The position numbers and the translations under genes were made by a program. Shown piece after piece: positions 17,223 through 27,700 of a DNA stretch of 64,000 nt. The stretch's first letter is position 1. Each line of letters begins with the position of its first letter. Source of the stretch: Dehalococcoidia bacterium (lineage in GTDB: Bacteria > Chloroflexota > Dehalococcoidia > Lucifugimonadales > UBA1123); the NCBI GenBank assembly GCA_021295915.1, contig JAGWBK010000001.1:139644-203643 (forward strand). Direction: 5' to 3'. The notes under the pieces were generated by a model. It did no database searches and was not told the DNA's origin. It saw nothing but the letters and a program-made list of their open reading frames with translations.

Positions 17223-18107
17223 TCAAGGAGTCAGGACGTAACCCATGACTTTGTATGTGAGCCTTGCCGCCGTCGACGAACAGGCAACTGGACCCTCTTC
17301 GGGACTGAGTTCCAGCACGTCGAAACCAACGATTCGGGACTTTCGCGACACCTCACGTATTAACCGGATTGTATCCCACCAGGTCATCCCACCGGGCTCT
17401 GGCGTGCCAACTGCGGGCATAATTGACGGGTCCAGGACATCCAGATCAATAGAAAGATAGACATTCTGCGACAGTTGACCACAGACCGCGTCGTGGAGTT
17501 CCTGTTCGTTCCGATCCGTCGGCCAAAAGTGAATATCGACACCCGGTTCACTCTGGGCGAAACGGAACTCCTCATCGCTGATGGACCGTACGCCGACTTC
17601 CACGATGGGGCAAGTCTCTGAAATTCTCCGTGCCACCGTCGCGTGTCCCAACTCAGTCCCCATGTACGAGTCCCGGAGATCAGCGTGAGCATCGAGATAT
17701 AGTACAGACAGGTCTTCGTACTTCTCGGCACAAGCCCTGACAGCACCAAGGGCGAGAGAGTGCTCTCCACCAATGAGTACTGGCGTCTTGGCGCTCTTGA
17801 GGACATCCGTCACAGCCCTTCTCACCTGATCCACGACCTGGGCCGGGCCTGATGCATCCGGAGTCACTTCTGGCATGGTATAGATACCTGAAGCTGAGGG
17901 ATCGCACCTCAATTCCACATCGAAGTCTTCCAGGTGGCGCGAGGCATCTACTATCGCTGCTGGGCCGTATCTCGAACCGGTACGAAATGACGTTGTTCCA
18001 TCGTAGGGAACCGGTAATACGACAAAGTGGGCCGACTCATAATCATGCTCCTCAGGAGGAGTGTCGAGAAAGGTCTGCCAAGCATAGGACGGCTGCCTTG
18101 AACTCAA
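17223..18107 (-). CDS. speB: agmatinase (arginase/ureohydrolase family)
   Basis: 294 aa with the Mn-binding motifs GGEHS, DAHADL and SIDLDVLDP. The TTG start overlaps the upstream gene's stop. Confidence 0.9.
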   Translation of the reverse strand: MSSRQPSYAWQTFLDTPPEEHDYESAHFVVLPVPYDGTTSFRTGSRYGPAAIVDASRHLEDFDVELRCDPSASGIYTMPEVTPDASGPAQVVDQVRRAVTDVLKSAKTPVLIGGEHSLALGAVRACAEKYEDLSVLYLDAHADLRDSYMGTELGHATVARRISETCPIVEVGVRSISDEEFRFAQSEPGVDIHFWPTDRNEQELHDAVCGQLSQNVYLSIDLDVLDPSIMPAVGTPEPGGMTWWDTIRLIREVSRKSRIVGFDVLELSPEEGPVACSSTAARLTYKVMGYVLTP

Positions 18108-18673
18108 CTGCTCCCTTTCGAGGGTTGGAGGCCGAACCGCTCACGGACCATTCCCGTGTAGGCCTCGGTCGTGTCCAGGTACTGCAGACCCCTCTCGAGT
18201 ACACGACTCTCGGTCCGCTCCAGGCCAAACCAGCCCTTTACAATGTCCAGGGATTCGGCGGCGTCGAATTCACGACATGAGAAGATATCGACGTTCAGGT
18301 AAGATCGATCAGGAAATGTATGCACGGTAATGTGACTCTCAGCAATCAGCACAAATCCCGACACGCCCCAGTCCTCCTCCTTTCGGCTTCGGTAAGTGTA
18401 TACCTGAGGCGGAGCGATCCGGGTCATCCCGATCCGATCGGGGAACCAGTCGAGGAAATCGTGGACCAGGTCTACATCCTTGAGTGAGGAAGGTGCTGCT
18501 TCGTAACCGTCGATCACCAGATGCAACGAAATTGTCTCCAGATCAGTTGGTGCTTCAAGTGCGCTGGGCAAGGCGGAAACCGGGCCGCCGATTTGGGCAA
18601 TTAGCTTAGCACCCGCCCGAGCCTCGGACAACCTGCCTTGAAAGCACGGAAGTGCTTGAATTAGAATCCCCAT
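18104..18673 (-). CDS. pyruvoyl-dependent decarboxylase of the class 1b AdoMetDC (SpeD/SpeH) family; possibly an arginine decarboxylase
   Basis: It has the motif GVSGFVLIAESHITVHTFPDRSYLNVDIFSC, which includes the E-S self-cleavage site. The N-terminal roughly 60 aa may be upstream of the true start. Confidence 0.75.
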   Translation of the reverse strand: MGILIQALPCFQGRLSEARAGAKLIAQIGGPVSALPSALEAPTDLETISLHLVIDGYEAAPSSLKDVDLVHDFLDWFPDRIGMTRIAPPQVYTYRSRKEEDWGVSGFVLIAESHITVHTFPDRSYLNVDIFSCREFDAAESLDIVKGWFGLERTESRVLERGLQYLDTTEAYTGMVRERFGLQPSKGSS

Positions 18674-18798
18674 GGCTTTCGGGATGGGCCAGAGGCATTG
18701 GAATCCCTTGCCACTGAAGTTTCGTAAATTACTTAAGTAGATAACACACAGGCGACCACCGACGGTGGTGTGAAGTGCCCGTCAGAGCATAGCGTTGC

Positions 18799-19770
18799 AT
18801 GATCGAAGTAAATAACGTAACCAAATATTTCGGGAACTTCCCTGCCATCACTGACATTAGTTTCAGGGTGGAGCAAGGGGAGATTGTCGGTTTCCTAGGG
18901 CCGAACGGCGCGGGAAAGTCGACCACAATGAAGGTAATCACCGGCTTCCTCCCTCCGACAGAGGGAAGCGCCTCGGTGGCGGGCTACGATATCGTAACCG
19001 AATCGTTGGACGCTCGGCGTCACATTGGATACCTGCCTGAGACTGTCCCCCTCTACACAGAGATGAACGTGCGCGAGTACCTCGAATACATGGGGAAGAT
19101 CCGGGGTATGGACTCGGCACGAATCAGGACGCGTATCGACGACGTAGTCGAGATCTGTCACCTCGAAGACTACTACTCCTCGATTATCGGTAAGTTGTCC
19201 AAGGGGTTCCGACAGCGTGTCGGGATTGCCCAGTCGATAATTCACGAGCCAGACGTGCTAGTTCTGGACGAGCCAACCATTGGCATCGACCCCATACAGG
19301 TAGTAGAGACCCGACAGCTCATCAAGGACCTTGGCGGAGAGCACACACTCATTGTGAGTACGCACATACTGCCCGAAGTTAGCCAGATCTGCGAGCGTGT
19401 GATCGTAATTCACGAAGGGCAGATCGTGGCCATTGACGAGCCGGACAATCTTGCCCGCAGGCTGCTAGGCCGCGAGCGAGTAGACCTGCAGGTCAAGGGC
19501 CCACAGCAGGAAGTTCTCGCCCACCTGTCCGACGTACCCGGAGTGCAGACTGCCAATCGCGTGAACATACAACGCGGAGAACTGCCTCAGTACCGGGTAG
19601 AGTCGGAGTCAGGAGTAGAAATAAGGGCGGCGCTGGCTCAGAAGGTCGTTGAGTCCGGCTATGAACTTCACCGGCTCGAGGCAGTCACGATGTCGCTTGA
19701 AGAGATTTTCCTGAGGCTGACGACCGAGGAAGAAGACATAGTGGACGGAAGCGCGGAGAACGCCGCGTGA
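18799..19770 (+). CDS. ABC transporter ATP-binding protein (GldA-like, ABC-2 type)
   Basis: 323 aa with Walker A GPNGAGKST, signature LSKGFRQR and Walker B LVLDEPT. Confidence 0.9.
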   Translation: MIEVNNVTKYFGNFPAITDISFRVEQGEIVGFLGPNGAGKSTTMKVITGFLPPTEGSASVAGYDIVTESLDARRHIGYLPETVPLYTEMNVREYLEYMGKIRGMDSARIRTRIDDVVEICHLEDYYSSIIGKLSKGFRQRVGIAQSIIHEPDVLVLDEPTIGIDPIQVVETRQLIKDLGGEHTLIVSTHILPEVSQICERVIVIHEGQIVAIDEPDNLARRLLGRERVDLQVKGPQQEVLAHLSDVPGVQTANRVNIQRGELPQYRVESESGVEIRAALAQKVVESGYELHRLEAVTMSLEEIFLRLTTEEEDIVDGSAENAA

Positions 19771-20477
19771 ACACGTTCAACATCGCCTGGAAAGAAATTA
19801 AGTCCTACTTCGGGACCCCCGCCGCCTACATCGTGGGCGCAATGTTCCTTGGTCTTACCGGTGTCTTCTTCGTAGCCGAAGTGACGGCGCCTTTTGCTGA
19901 GGCCGGAGTGCGCGGGATCGTGGAGTGGGCGAGTTTCTTCATCATATTCCTTGCGCCGCTACTGACTATGAGACTGCTGGCCGAAGAGCAGAAGCTCGGC
20001 ACGCTTGAGCTGTTGCTGACGTCCCCCGTACGAGATTGGGAGGTCGTGCTGGGCAAGTACATCGCCAGCTTCCTCATCCTGGCAGCGATCGTTGCCGTGA
20101 CGCTCTATTACGTGGTGTTGCTCTACTCTTTTGGAGACCCGGATACCGGCCCCGCGCTGAGCGGTTATCTTGGGTTGCTGCTATATGGCGCCTCGGCGCT
20201 TGCAATTGGCCTCCTCGGCTCATCGCTATCAAGCAACCAGATCGTCGCAGCAGTGGTCGGAATAGCAATCCTCCTGATGCTCTCCTTTGTGAACCTGATC
20301 GCGGACATCGTCACCGGTATCGCCAGTGAGGTGTTCAACGGCATGTCTATGAACGAACACATCGTCGACTTCAGCCGCGGAGTAATCGACACTTCCAGCG
20401 TCGTGTTCTTCCTGTCACTGACTGCCGTATTCCTGTTCCTTTCGATTAGATCGCTCGAAACACGTAGGTGGAGATAG
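19767..20477 (+). CDS. ABC-2 type transporter permease (GldF-like)
   Basis: 236 aa with about six hydrophobic helices. There is a 4-nt overlap with the ATPase gene. Confidence 0.8.
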   Translation: MNTFNIAWKEIKSYFGTPAAYIVGAMFLGLTGVFFVAEVTAPFAEAGVRGIVEWASFFIIFLAPLLTMRLLAEEQKLGTLELLLTSPVRDWEVVLGKYIASFLILAAIVAVTLYYVVLLYSFGDPDTGPALSGYLGLLLYGASALAIGLLGSSLSSNQIVAAVVGIAILLMLSFVNLIADIVTGIASEVFNGMSMNEHIVDFSRGVIDTSSVVFFLSLTAVFLFLSIRSLETRRWR

Positions 20478-22130
20478 TTGGCAAGGCCTCAAGATCGCCG
20501 TCAGTCGATTAGCACGGATTTGTTGGACACAGTCAAGTCCACAGGTTTCTGGAGTGCGATCGGCGCAGTCGTAGGACTAGTTGCCACGATCGCGGGCGTC
20601 GTTCTCTTCCTGACGATCGACGAGCTAAGCAACTTCGCTATTTCCGTCCTCATAATCGGGCTCGTCCTTCTGTTCATCGCACTCGTTCTATCTCCTCGAG
20701 CGGTTGCCATCTTCATGGCCGGACGTCAGGGTCGATACGGCACCAACGTCGCGATCATGACCGTCGCATTCTTCATCATATTGATTCTGATTAACTTCCT
20801 GATGTTTAGGAGTCCGAGCAGACTGGACGTAACAGCCACACGGATCTTTAGCCCGGCACAACAGACCCTGCAGGTATTGGACTCGCTCGAGGGGCCAATC
20901 AGAGCCAACGCCTTCTTCTCCCCCACAGACGCCGATTCCACGCTGACTCGCCAACAGGCAGAAGACCTGTTGAACGAGTTTGCACGTCGTAGTAATAACT
21001 TCACATACCGGTTCATCGACCCCGAACTGAACCGGAGCATCGCCGTTAGCTATGACGTGACTGACTTTCCAGTAATCGTTTTCGAAGACATCGACACTGG
21101 GGTGCACCAGGGAGTCTTCAGCTTCACTCAGCAGGACTTTGTCACAGGTATTCTCGTAGTCTCAGGCACCCAGCAGAAGGTCGTGTACCACCTTACCGGT
21201 CACGGCGAGTCCTCCATTACGCGGACTATTACAAATGAGACCGACGACGAAGGATTCGACTTCGCAATTCAGGGTATGCAGCGAGACAACTACAGGGTCT
21301 TCCCGCTCAATCTCAAGCAGGATGGTTTCGTTCCTGAGGATGCTGCAGTACTGGTGATTCCAGGTCCCAAACAGAACCTGGATCAAGATGAACTTCAGAT
21401 AGTCGCCGACTACCTTGCAGGAGGCGGGAAGCTGATTGCCCTGCTTGACCCTGACGCCCCCAACTCTTACAGGGAGTTGCTGGCCGTCTGGGGACTGGCA
21501 GTCGGGAATCACCGAATAGCGGACGTAATAAGCAACGTGGCCGGCGAAACCACCTCTCCTATGGTCCAGCGTTCCAACGCCCAGTTCGGTACCAGCGGGC
21601 TAACAGGCATCAACATCGCCGATCAGTTGAACAACGTCTTCTTTACGGATGCAACAGCCGTGCTTCCTTCGATCCCACTGGAGGATCTGCCTGCATTCAT
21701 GTCCTACACAGGACTGGCCAGAACCACTCCTGCAAGCTGGATGGAGTCACACCCGGAAGCTACTGACTATAACCCAGGTGAAGACATTCAGGGCCCGCTG
21801 GACGTTGCTGCGGTCATGCAGGCAGGCGCGTCGCTCGCCGGTGACATTGTTCCAGGTGAAAACAACCTCGCCAAGGTCATCGTAATTGGCGATTCCGACT
21901 TCGCACGTAACAAGTTCTTCTTCCAGAGCGACAACGCCAATCTGCTTCTGAACTCTGTCAACTGGCTGGCAGAAGACTACGAACTTATTTCCATTCGCGA
22001 ACCGGCGATTCCCATTCGCGTCCTGGTTTTGAACCAGCGAGAGCGCGACTTCATCAAGTGGACAGGTTGGTTCCTACCGCCGATCCTGATGCTTGTTATT
22101 GCAGTAGTCGTCTGGTGGCGCAGGCGGTAA
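20478..22130 (+). CDS. GldG-like ABC transport auxiliary protein
   Basis: 550 aa with N- and C-terminal TM helices around a large extracytoplasmic domain. It starts immediately after the permease stop. Confidence 0.8.
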   Translation: MARPQDRRQSISTDLLDTVKSTGFWSAIGAVVGLVATIAGVVLFLTIDELSNFAISVLIIGLVLLFIALVLSPRAVAIFMAGRQGRYGTNVAIMTVAFFIILILINFLMFRSPSRLDVTATRIFSPAQQTLQVLDSLEGPIRANAFFSPTDADSTLTRQQAEDLLNEFARRSNNFTYRFIDPELNRSIAVSYDVTDFPVIVFEDIDTGVHQGVFSFTQQDFVTGILVVSGTQQKVVYHLTGHGESSITRTITNETDDEGFDFAIQGMQRDNYRVFPLNLKQDGFVPEDAAVLVIPGPKQNLDQDELQIVADYLAGGGKLIALLDPDAPNSYRELLAVWGLAVGNHRIADVISNVAGETTSPMVQRSNAQFGTSGLTGINIADQLNNVFFTDATAVLPSIPLEDLPAFMSYTGLARTTPASWMESHPEATDYNPGEDIQGPLDVAAVMQAGASLAGDIVPGENNLAKVIVIGDSDFARNKFFFQSDNANLLLNSVNWLAEDYELISIREPAIPIRVLVLNQRERDFIKWTGWFLPPILMLVIAVVVWWRRR

Positions 22131-22143
22131 GGCGAACGACACC

Positions 22144-23229
22144 ATGAATTGGAAGATGACTGTTGCTCTCGTTGTCGTCGCAGCCATTGTGGGCGTGGTC
22201 GCCTACATCAATCCGTTCGTTCAGGAAGAGGAACGCGAACCCAAGTCTCCGTGGTTCTACCAGGTCAGCTTCGATGACATCGTAAGCATCGAAGTATCCG
22301 CTGGTGGAAACACCGAGAAGTTCTTCAAGAACGACCAGGAAGCCTGGGTGTTCGAACGACTCGACGGCATTCCTCCCTCGCACACTCGTTGGGGCGGCAT
22401 TGTCCTGCTTGTAAGCGGACCCCAGACACGTCGGGATCTGACATCAGGACCGACAGGTTTCCAGGAGGACTTCTCCGTTGGGCGGCAGACCATCGACGAT
22501 CCCGCAGAGTACGGTCTGGATGAACCAAACCTGGTCGTGAAGCTGGGTCTGACTGCAGACCGTGAGCTTGAGTTCAGGTTGGGAGACAAGACAATCAATG
22601 GCCATCACCACTACGGTGAAGTCATTGGATTCGATGAGCTCTTCCTCATAGCAGACATCTGGGGCGAGGTGTTGGCGAGACTGGCAAACGAACCCCCGGT
22701 ACCCAAGTGGTGGGTATACAGAGACCCTGAGACAATAACTGAGGTGAATGTCTACACTGGCGTGGTCGGAGAGCCGGACGGTCCATTCCTTAGGCTTCAG
22801 CAGGAAGAAGGTGAATGGTTCGCCAGGCACTTTGATACCGACGAGGACAATCGGCCTCTCGATACGCAGAAGTGGGAAGAGTACCTGCCTCTTCTCGGCG
22901 GCCCGCAGGAGTTTGAAGTCGAAGAATACCGCGTTCGGAGCCGCGACTTCATAGACTGGGGAATCGAGCTCAAGGGCCCTGAAGAGCCGTATGAAGGCAA
23001 GACCATCGAAATCAGGTTCTCAGGTACCACCGAGCGGGGCACCCGGTTCATCGACGGCGTGCTGTTCGCATTCGGCAATCGCACAGAAGACGGCGAGCAC
23101 TACTATGCCACGCCCCTCGCAAGTCTGGCCGCCACACCTCTCATAAAGATAAAAGCCGACTGGGCGGATGCACTGTTCGATCTCGTAGAGAATGTCCCCT
23201 ACGCCGACGAGGCATCAAGCTCAGGCTAG
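22144..23229 (+). CDS. DUF4340-like protein
   Basis: 361 aa with a single N-terminal TM helix. It occupies the usual position downstream of gldG-like genes. Confidence 0.6.
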   Translation: MNWKMTVALVVVAAIVGVVAYINPFVQEEEREPKSPWFYQVSFDDIVSIEVSAGGNTEKFFKNDQEAWVFERLDGIPPSHTRWGGIVLLVSGPQTRRDLTSGPTGFQEDFSVGRQTIDDPAEYGLDEPNLVVKLGLTADRELEFRLGDKTINGHHHYGEVIGFDELFLIADIWGEVLARLANEPPVPKWWVYRDPETITEVNVYTGVVGEPDGPFLRLQQEEGEWFARHFDTDEDNRPLDTQKWEEYLPLLGGPQEFEVEEYRVRSRDFIDWGIELKGPEEPYEGKTIEIRFSGTTERGTRFIDGVLFAFGNRTEDGEHYYATPLASLAATPLIKIKADWADALFDLVENVPYADEASSSG

Positions 23230-23379
23230 ACTCCACTAGCTACTCTCCGGCACTGCCCCACTGTCGCAGCGCACTCAGCAGCATTGTTCCCTCCACTCAC
23301 TGGGGATATACTTGCGCCCAATTGCCTGAGCTGACTGTGGTCAGTCGCGGTAAGGGAATCTACTCGCGGAGTTCTAAAC

Positions 23380-24630
23380 ATGAATGCCGAGATCATATCC
23401 ATCGGGACCGAACTGCTGATGGGCGAGACCGTGGATACAAATTCAACGTACATCGGTGAGCAGTTGGCGAAGATCGGGATCAATCTCACCTGGGCCACCA
23501 AGGTAGGCGATCATCCGGAGAGGCTTCAGGAGGCCATCAGGCGGGCCTGGGAGCGCTCAGACGTCACCGTAACGACTGGAGGCCTGGGCCCAACGTCCGA
23601 TGACCTGACCCGGGAATCCATCGCTGCCGTTATGGGTGAGGAGATGGAGGTGCAGGACGACCTGCTCGCTCATCTCAAGTCTCAGTTCGCGAGCCGTGGA
23701 ATGCCGATGCCGGAGACAAACGTCAAGCAGGCCACGCTGATTCCATCGGCAAGAGTCATTCCGAACCCCATGGGAACAGCACCCGGATGGTGGGTCGAAA
23801 GCCATGGGCATGTAATTGCTGCCCTACCCGGACCTCCGAGGGAGATCACTGGCATGTGGGAGGCCGTGGTTGGGCCAGGGCTCCGGGAGCTCAACCCGGG
23901 CGTATTCATCGTAACTCGCACACTGAAGACCTTCGGCATCACCGAAGGCGGACTGGACGAGATGCTATCTCCGCTGTTTGAGAGCGAGAATCCGTCGCTC
24001 GGCATCTACTCCAAGCAGGACGGAATCCATCTCCGAGCTATTGCACGGGGAGCGTCCGAGGAAGAGGCCAGGCGACTCATTGAACCGCTGGAGGCTGAAA
24101 TCAGGCGCGTCGCCGGACACGCGATCTGGGGAGAAGATGAAGATACAGCGGTCACTGCCTCACTCGTCGCGCTCGCGAACAGGCATCTCACGCTCGCAAT
24201 AGTAGAAGGATTTACTGGGGGACTCCTGTCCAGCACCTTGCTGGAATCCACATTGTCCCTGGACACCATGGTTGGAGGAGTGGTTCTCTCGTCTAACGGC
24301 GCGGGAGCAAGGATGCTTGGAGGGGTGCGCGGCTCTGGAGGCAGTCCAACTCCACAAGAGGCCACTGCCCTGGCCCACGCAGTGAGGGACGAGTTCAGCG
24401 CAGACGTCGGGCTGGCAGTCACAAACCTGGTCTCTGAAGCCACTGAAGAGTCGGGACCGGCTGGGACCACTCACGTCGGGGTAGTAGTCGGAGAAGAGAG
24501 CTACGTCAGATCGGCCTCCTACCCTACCCGTCGCCTGCGAATACGTGGTCGTGCCGTTACGCACACACTTCTGGAACTGACGAAGATCCTGGAGACGGGC
24601 TCAGGGGGACAAGAGTCCAACTGGGGTTGA
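23380..24630 (+). CDS. cinA: CinA family protein (MoCF-biosynthesis-like domain plus nicotinamide-nucleotide amidohydrolase PncC domain)
   Basis: 416 aa. The N-terminus MNAEIISIGTELLMGETVDTNS is typical of CinA. Confidence 0.9.
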   Translation: MNAEIISIGTELLMGETVDTNSTYIGEQLAKIGINLTWATKVGDHPERLQEAIRRAWERSDVTVTTGGLGPTSDDLTRESIAAVMGEEMEVQDDLLAHLKSQFASRGMPMPETNVKQATLIPSARVIPNPMGTAPGWWVESHGHVIAALPGPPREITGMWEAVVGPGLRELNPGVFIVTRTLKTFGITEGGLDEMLSPLFESENPSLGIYSKQDGIHLRAIARGASEEEARRLIEPLEAEIRRVAGHAIWGEDEDTAVTASLVALANRHLTLAIVEGFTGGLLSSTLLESTLSLDTMVGGVVLSSNGAGARMLGGVRGSGGSPTPQEATALAHAVRDEFSADVGLAVTNLVSEATEESGPAGTTHVGVVVGEESYVRSASYPTRRLRIRGRAVTHTLLELTKILETGSGGQESNWG

Positions 24631-24664
24631 CCCCGCGTCCACATAACCCCTTTGTTAACGAAGA

Positions 24665-24702
24665 GGCCGCGACCCATGTGTTGGTCGCGGCCTTGTTTTC
24701 TT
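24665..24702. terminator. intrinsic terminator
   Basis: The 10-bp stem ggccgcgacc/ggtcgcggcc is followed by ttgttttctt. It sits between convergent cinA and the VWA gene. Confidence 0.6.
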
Positions 24703-24725
24703 AGTGAGCTGTCCGAGCCGGTAAG

Positions 24726-27700
24726 CTACATCGTCAGGCGCCTGTAGAGGAACAGCAGACGCTCAGGTAGGTCGTAGATATTGTCCAGCACCTCGTACCC
24801 CATGTCGGCGCACATGGTCTTGAGGTAGTCGTGGCCGTTCTTGTCGACGGTCAGGCAGAATGCGTTGATGTCCTTGCGCCGTGCCTCTTCCAGCGCCATG
24901 CGCGTGTCGTGAACGGCGTACTCCTTCTCGACACCCTCCCGGCTGTATCCCCTGTCCTGTGGACGGCCGTCGCTTACCAGGAACAGAATCTTGGTCCTTG
25001 CGTCGGCCTTCTCCAACTTGGAGATCGTGTGTCGGATCGCAGGTCCCATCCTGGTGGCATGAAGGGGCGCCACGCGATCTATCCGGCGTTTGACGCGGTC
25101 CGAGAACGCCTCATCAAGGTCTTTGATCGTGTAGTACTCGACATTCTCACGACCGTAGCCCGAGAAGCCGTAGATGCCGTAGATGTCCCCAATCGCCTCC
25201 AACGCGTTCACAATAAGGACGATGGCCTCTTTCTCGACATCGATAATCCTCTTGTAGGATCGGCGGGCGGCCTCGCCGCGGCGAGTACGCAGCCACACCA
25301 TGTACTCTACGGGATCGTCGGGTGCGTCCCAGTCGTCTGCGGTACGCTTCCCCTCGTCGATGGCTTCAGCAGTCGACGCGCTGGTGTCCAGAAGGAACGC
25401 AGCAGCGACCTCCCTCTGCACCTTGTTCCTGCGCCAGTAGAACTTGTCTGAAGGGCTGGCGCCGGTCTTCATGTCGACGATGGCCTCGATGAGGTCGTCG
25501 ATGTCGATCTCCTCACCGTCCTCGAGCTTGCGCACGCGGCGGAACATCTCGGGCACCATCATCTCGAACTGTCTGCGAATTCTGGTTACCAGTCCGCCAT
25601 AGCTGTGCAGGGTAGCCCCGTAGAAGTTGGGGTCTCCCTCGGCCATCATCTTCTGCCGGACGATGCACCACCTGGGCTTGTAGTCGGCGGCCCTGAAGTC
25701 CCATTCGTCGTATACAAACGTCTGGGGCTCGCTGGCCTCCAGCGAGTCGCCGTCCTCATCGATATGAACGAACGGTCCGTTGCTGAAGTCGGGATTGTCC
25801 GGTAGCTGCATTCCCGCCTCTTTCAGCAGGTTGTCAGCAAACATCCCCTGGGTTTCCTGGAGGTCGCCCTCAACAGCCTGGAGATCCAGCTCAGCGCTGT
25901 TCTGCAATAGCTCTTCAAGTTGCTCCTGGGTGATTGGCTCGCCGTTGGCCTCTGCTCCCGAATCCTGCTGCATCCGAAGCTGGGTCAGAAGCTGGGTCAG
26001 CTCGGGCTTGAAGTCGCCTCGGTAGTCCACCTCCTCGGAGGACTCATAGTCCTGCTCTTCATCGGGGCGCAGCTCCATGTCCATTCCCATGGCCATCTGC
26101 TGGAGCAACTGCTGCATGTCGTCAGGATCGGAGTACTCCTCCTCCTGCTCGTCTTCGACATCAACGTCGTCCCATTCGTCCGGCGGTACCTCTTCGTTAG
26201 GAATCGAGGAGATAATGGCGTAGATTCGAAGTGTAGCCTCTGCCGTGTCTTCGACATTAGCTTCGGCGTCCAGAATCTGCCTGGCGACGGAAGCGATCTG
26301 CAGGGCCTGGTCCACGTAATCAGTCGGCGCCGGAATTTCCCTGTATTGCTGCAGACTCAGCCGTACCAGGAACTCGACAAGCGCCTCTCTTGCCGGCATC
26401 TCGGTAATCTCAGGGCGGCCCTCAGATGAGTCCATCTGCACACGCGCGTAGGCTGCCTTAATGCCCGGGTACTCGTACTTCACCCTGAAGTCCAGCCGGC
26501 CATCCTCAACAACCGTGAAGATGTCCAGGGCAAGCTTGCGGTCCTCAAACAGGTTGAAGAACCTCTGCATGTCTGTAATCCAGGCCCGCTCAAGTCCCTC
26601 ACCTGCCAGGTCTGAGGCAGACTGATCCACTGACTCCGGGCTATCTGGCTGTTCCTGACGCTGCGTCTCTACCTCTTGTCTGCGGTCCTCGTATAGCGCC
26701 GACGGTCTGTCAAACTCGAAGAAGAAGCTGCCGAATTCGAGGTGTGCCACCTGGTGGGTCGAAACAACCTTGAACCAGGAGAAGTTTTCGTCCTTTGAGT
26801 GGTACCTGTCTACTACGTCCGGCAGAAAGACAGTAGACCCTTCCGTCGTCGGAGACTCAGCTGAGACCCAACCGATGTTGCGGTCTACCAGCTCTGGCGA
26901 AGATGAAAGCTTGACCTCTTCACCCGCCAGTCCCCGGCAGTACATCTCCATGATGGCCTTGATTCGGTCGAATTCAACGCCGGACGACAGAGCCTCGATC
27001 ATCGTTTCAGAGTGAGCGGACTCGATCTTGAAGTAAGCCAGCCCTCCGTCCGGGTTCTGGCGGAGCAGATTAACTCCCTCTTCGTACCATCTCTCGAATT
27101 GGGACATCGACAGCCGGTCCATCACCTGCGCCGACGCCTCAATGAAACTGGGGACGGCCTCAGGCGACTCCGATATCAACTGTTCCGACAAAGTAAGAAC
27201 TCTTGAATGGAGCTCCGGGTCAATTTCGGAGAAGGCCTGCGATGTCTCAAGCATCACACCGGGTATGTTGGAGCCACCCTTGTGAACGAGGTCTTCAGCA
27301 ATCTTCAGGAACCTGAAACGCTGCTCGGGGTCGATCTTCGGAAGCGCCTTCGCACCTGCGTCGAAGAAGCTCTTTACTTCGCGCCAGCCAGAGTCGACGA
27401 GGGCAGAGGCCAGGGTTATGAATGCCGTCTTGTCTTCTCCGATCAACGGGAAGATCTGCGTGCCTAGAGCCAGGCACTCGGAGGCAAGGTCGTAGGACCT
27501 GTGCGCAAGCGCGTCCAGGAAAGCGACGAAGCGCTCCAATTCCTGGAACGTAAGGCTTTCCATAAGGGCGGGGCTGTAAGTAAAGAACTTGCAGGCCAGG
27601 GTCGATGACTTCCATGTCCCCTTGTACAGGCTGCCGCCGAGCTCTGCCCAGCTCTCAATGTGGCGAGACCGGAGCTTGCTCATGGCTGCAGGGGAAGCCT

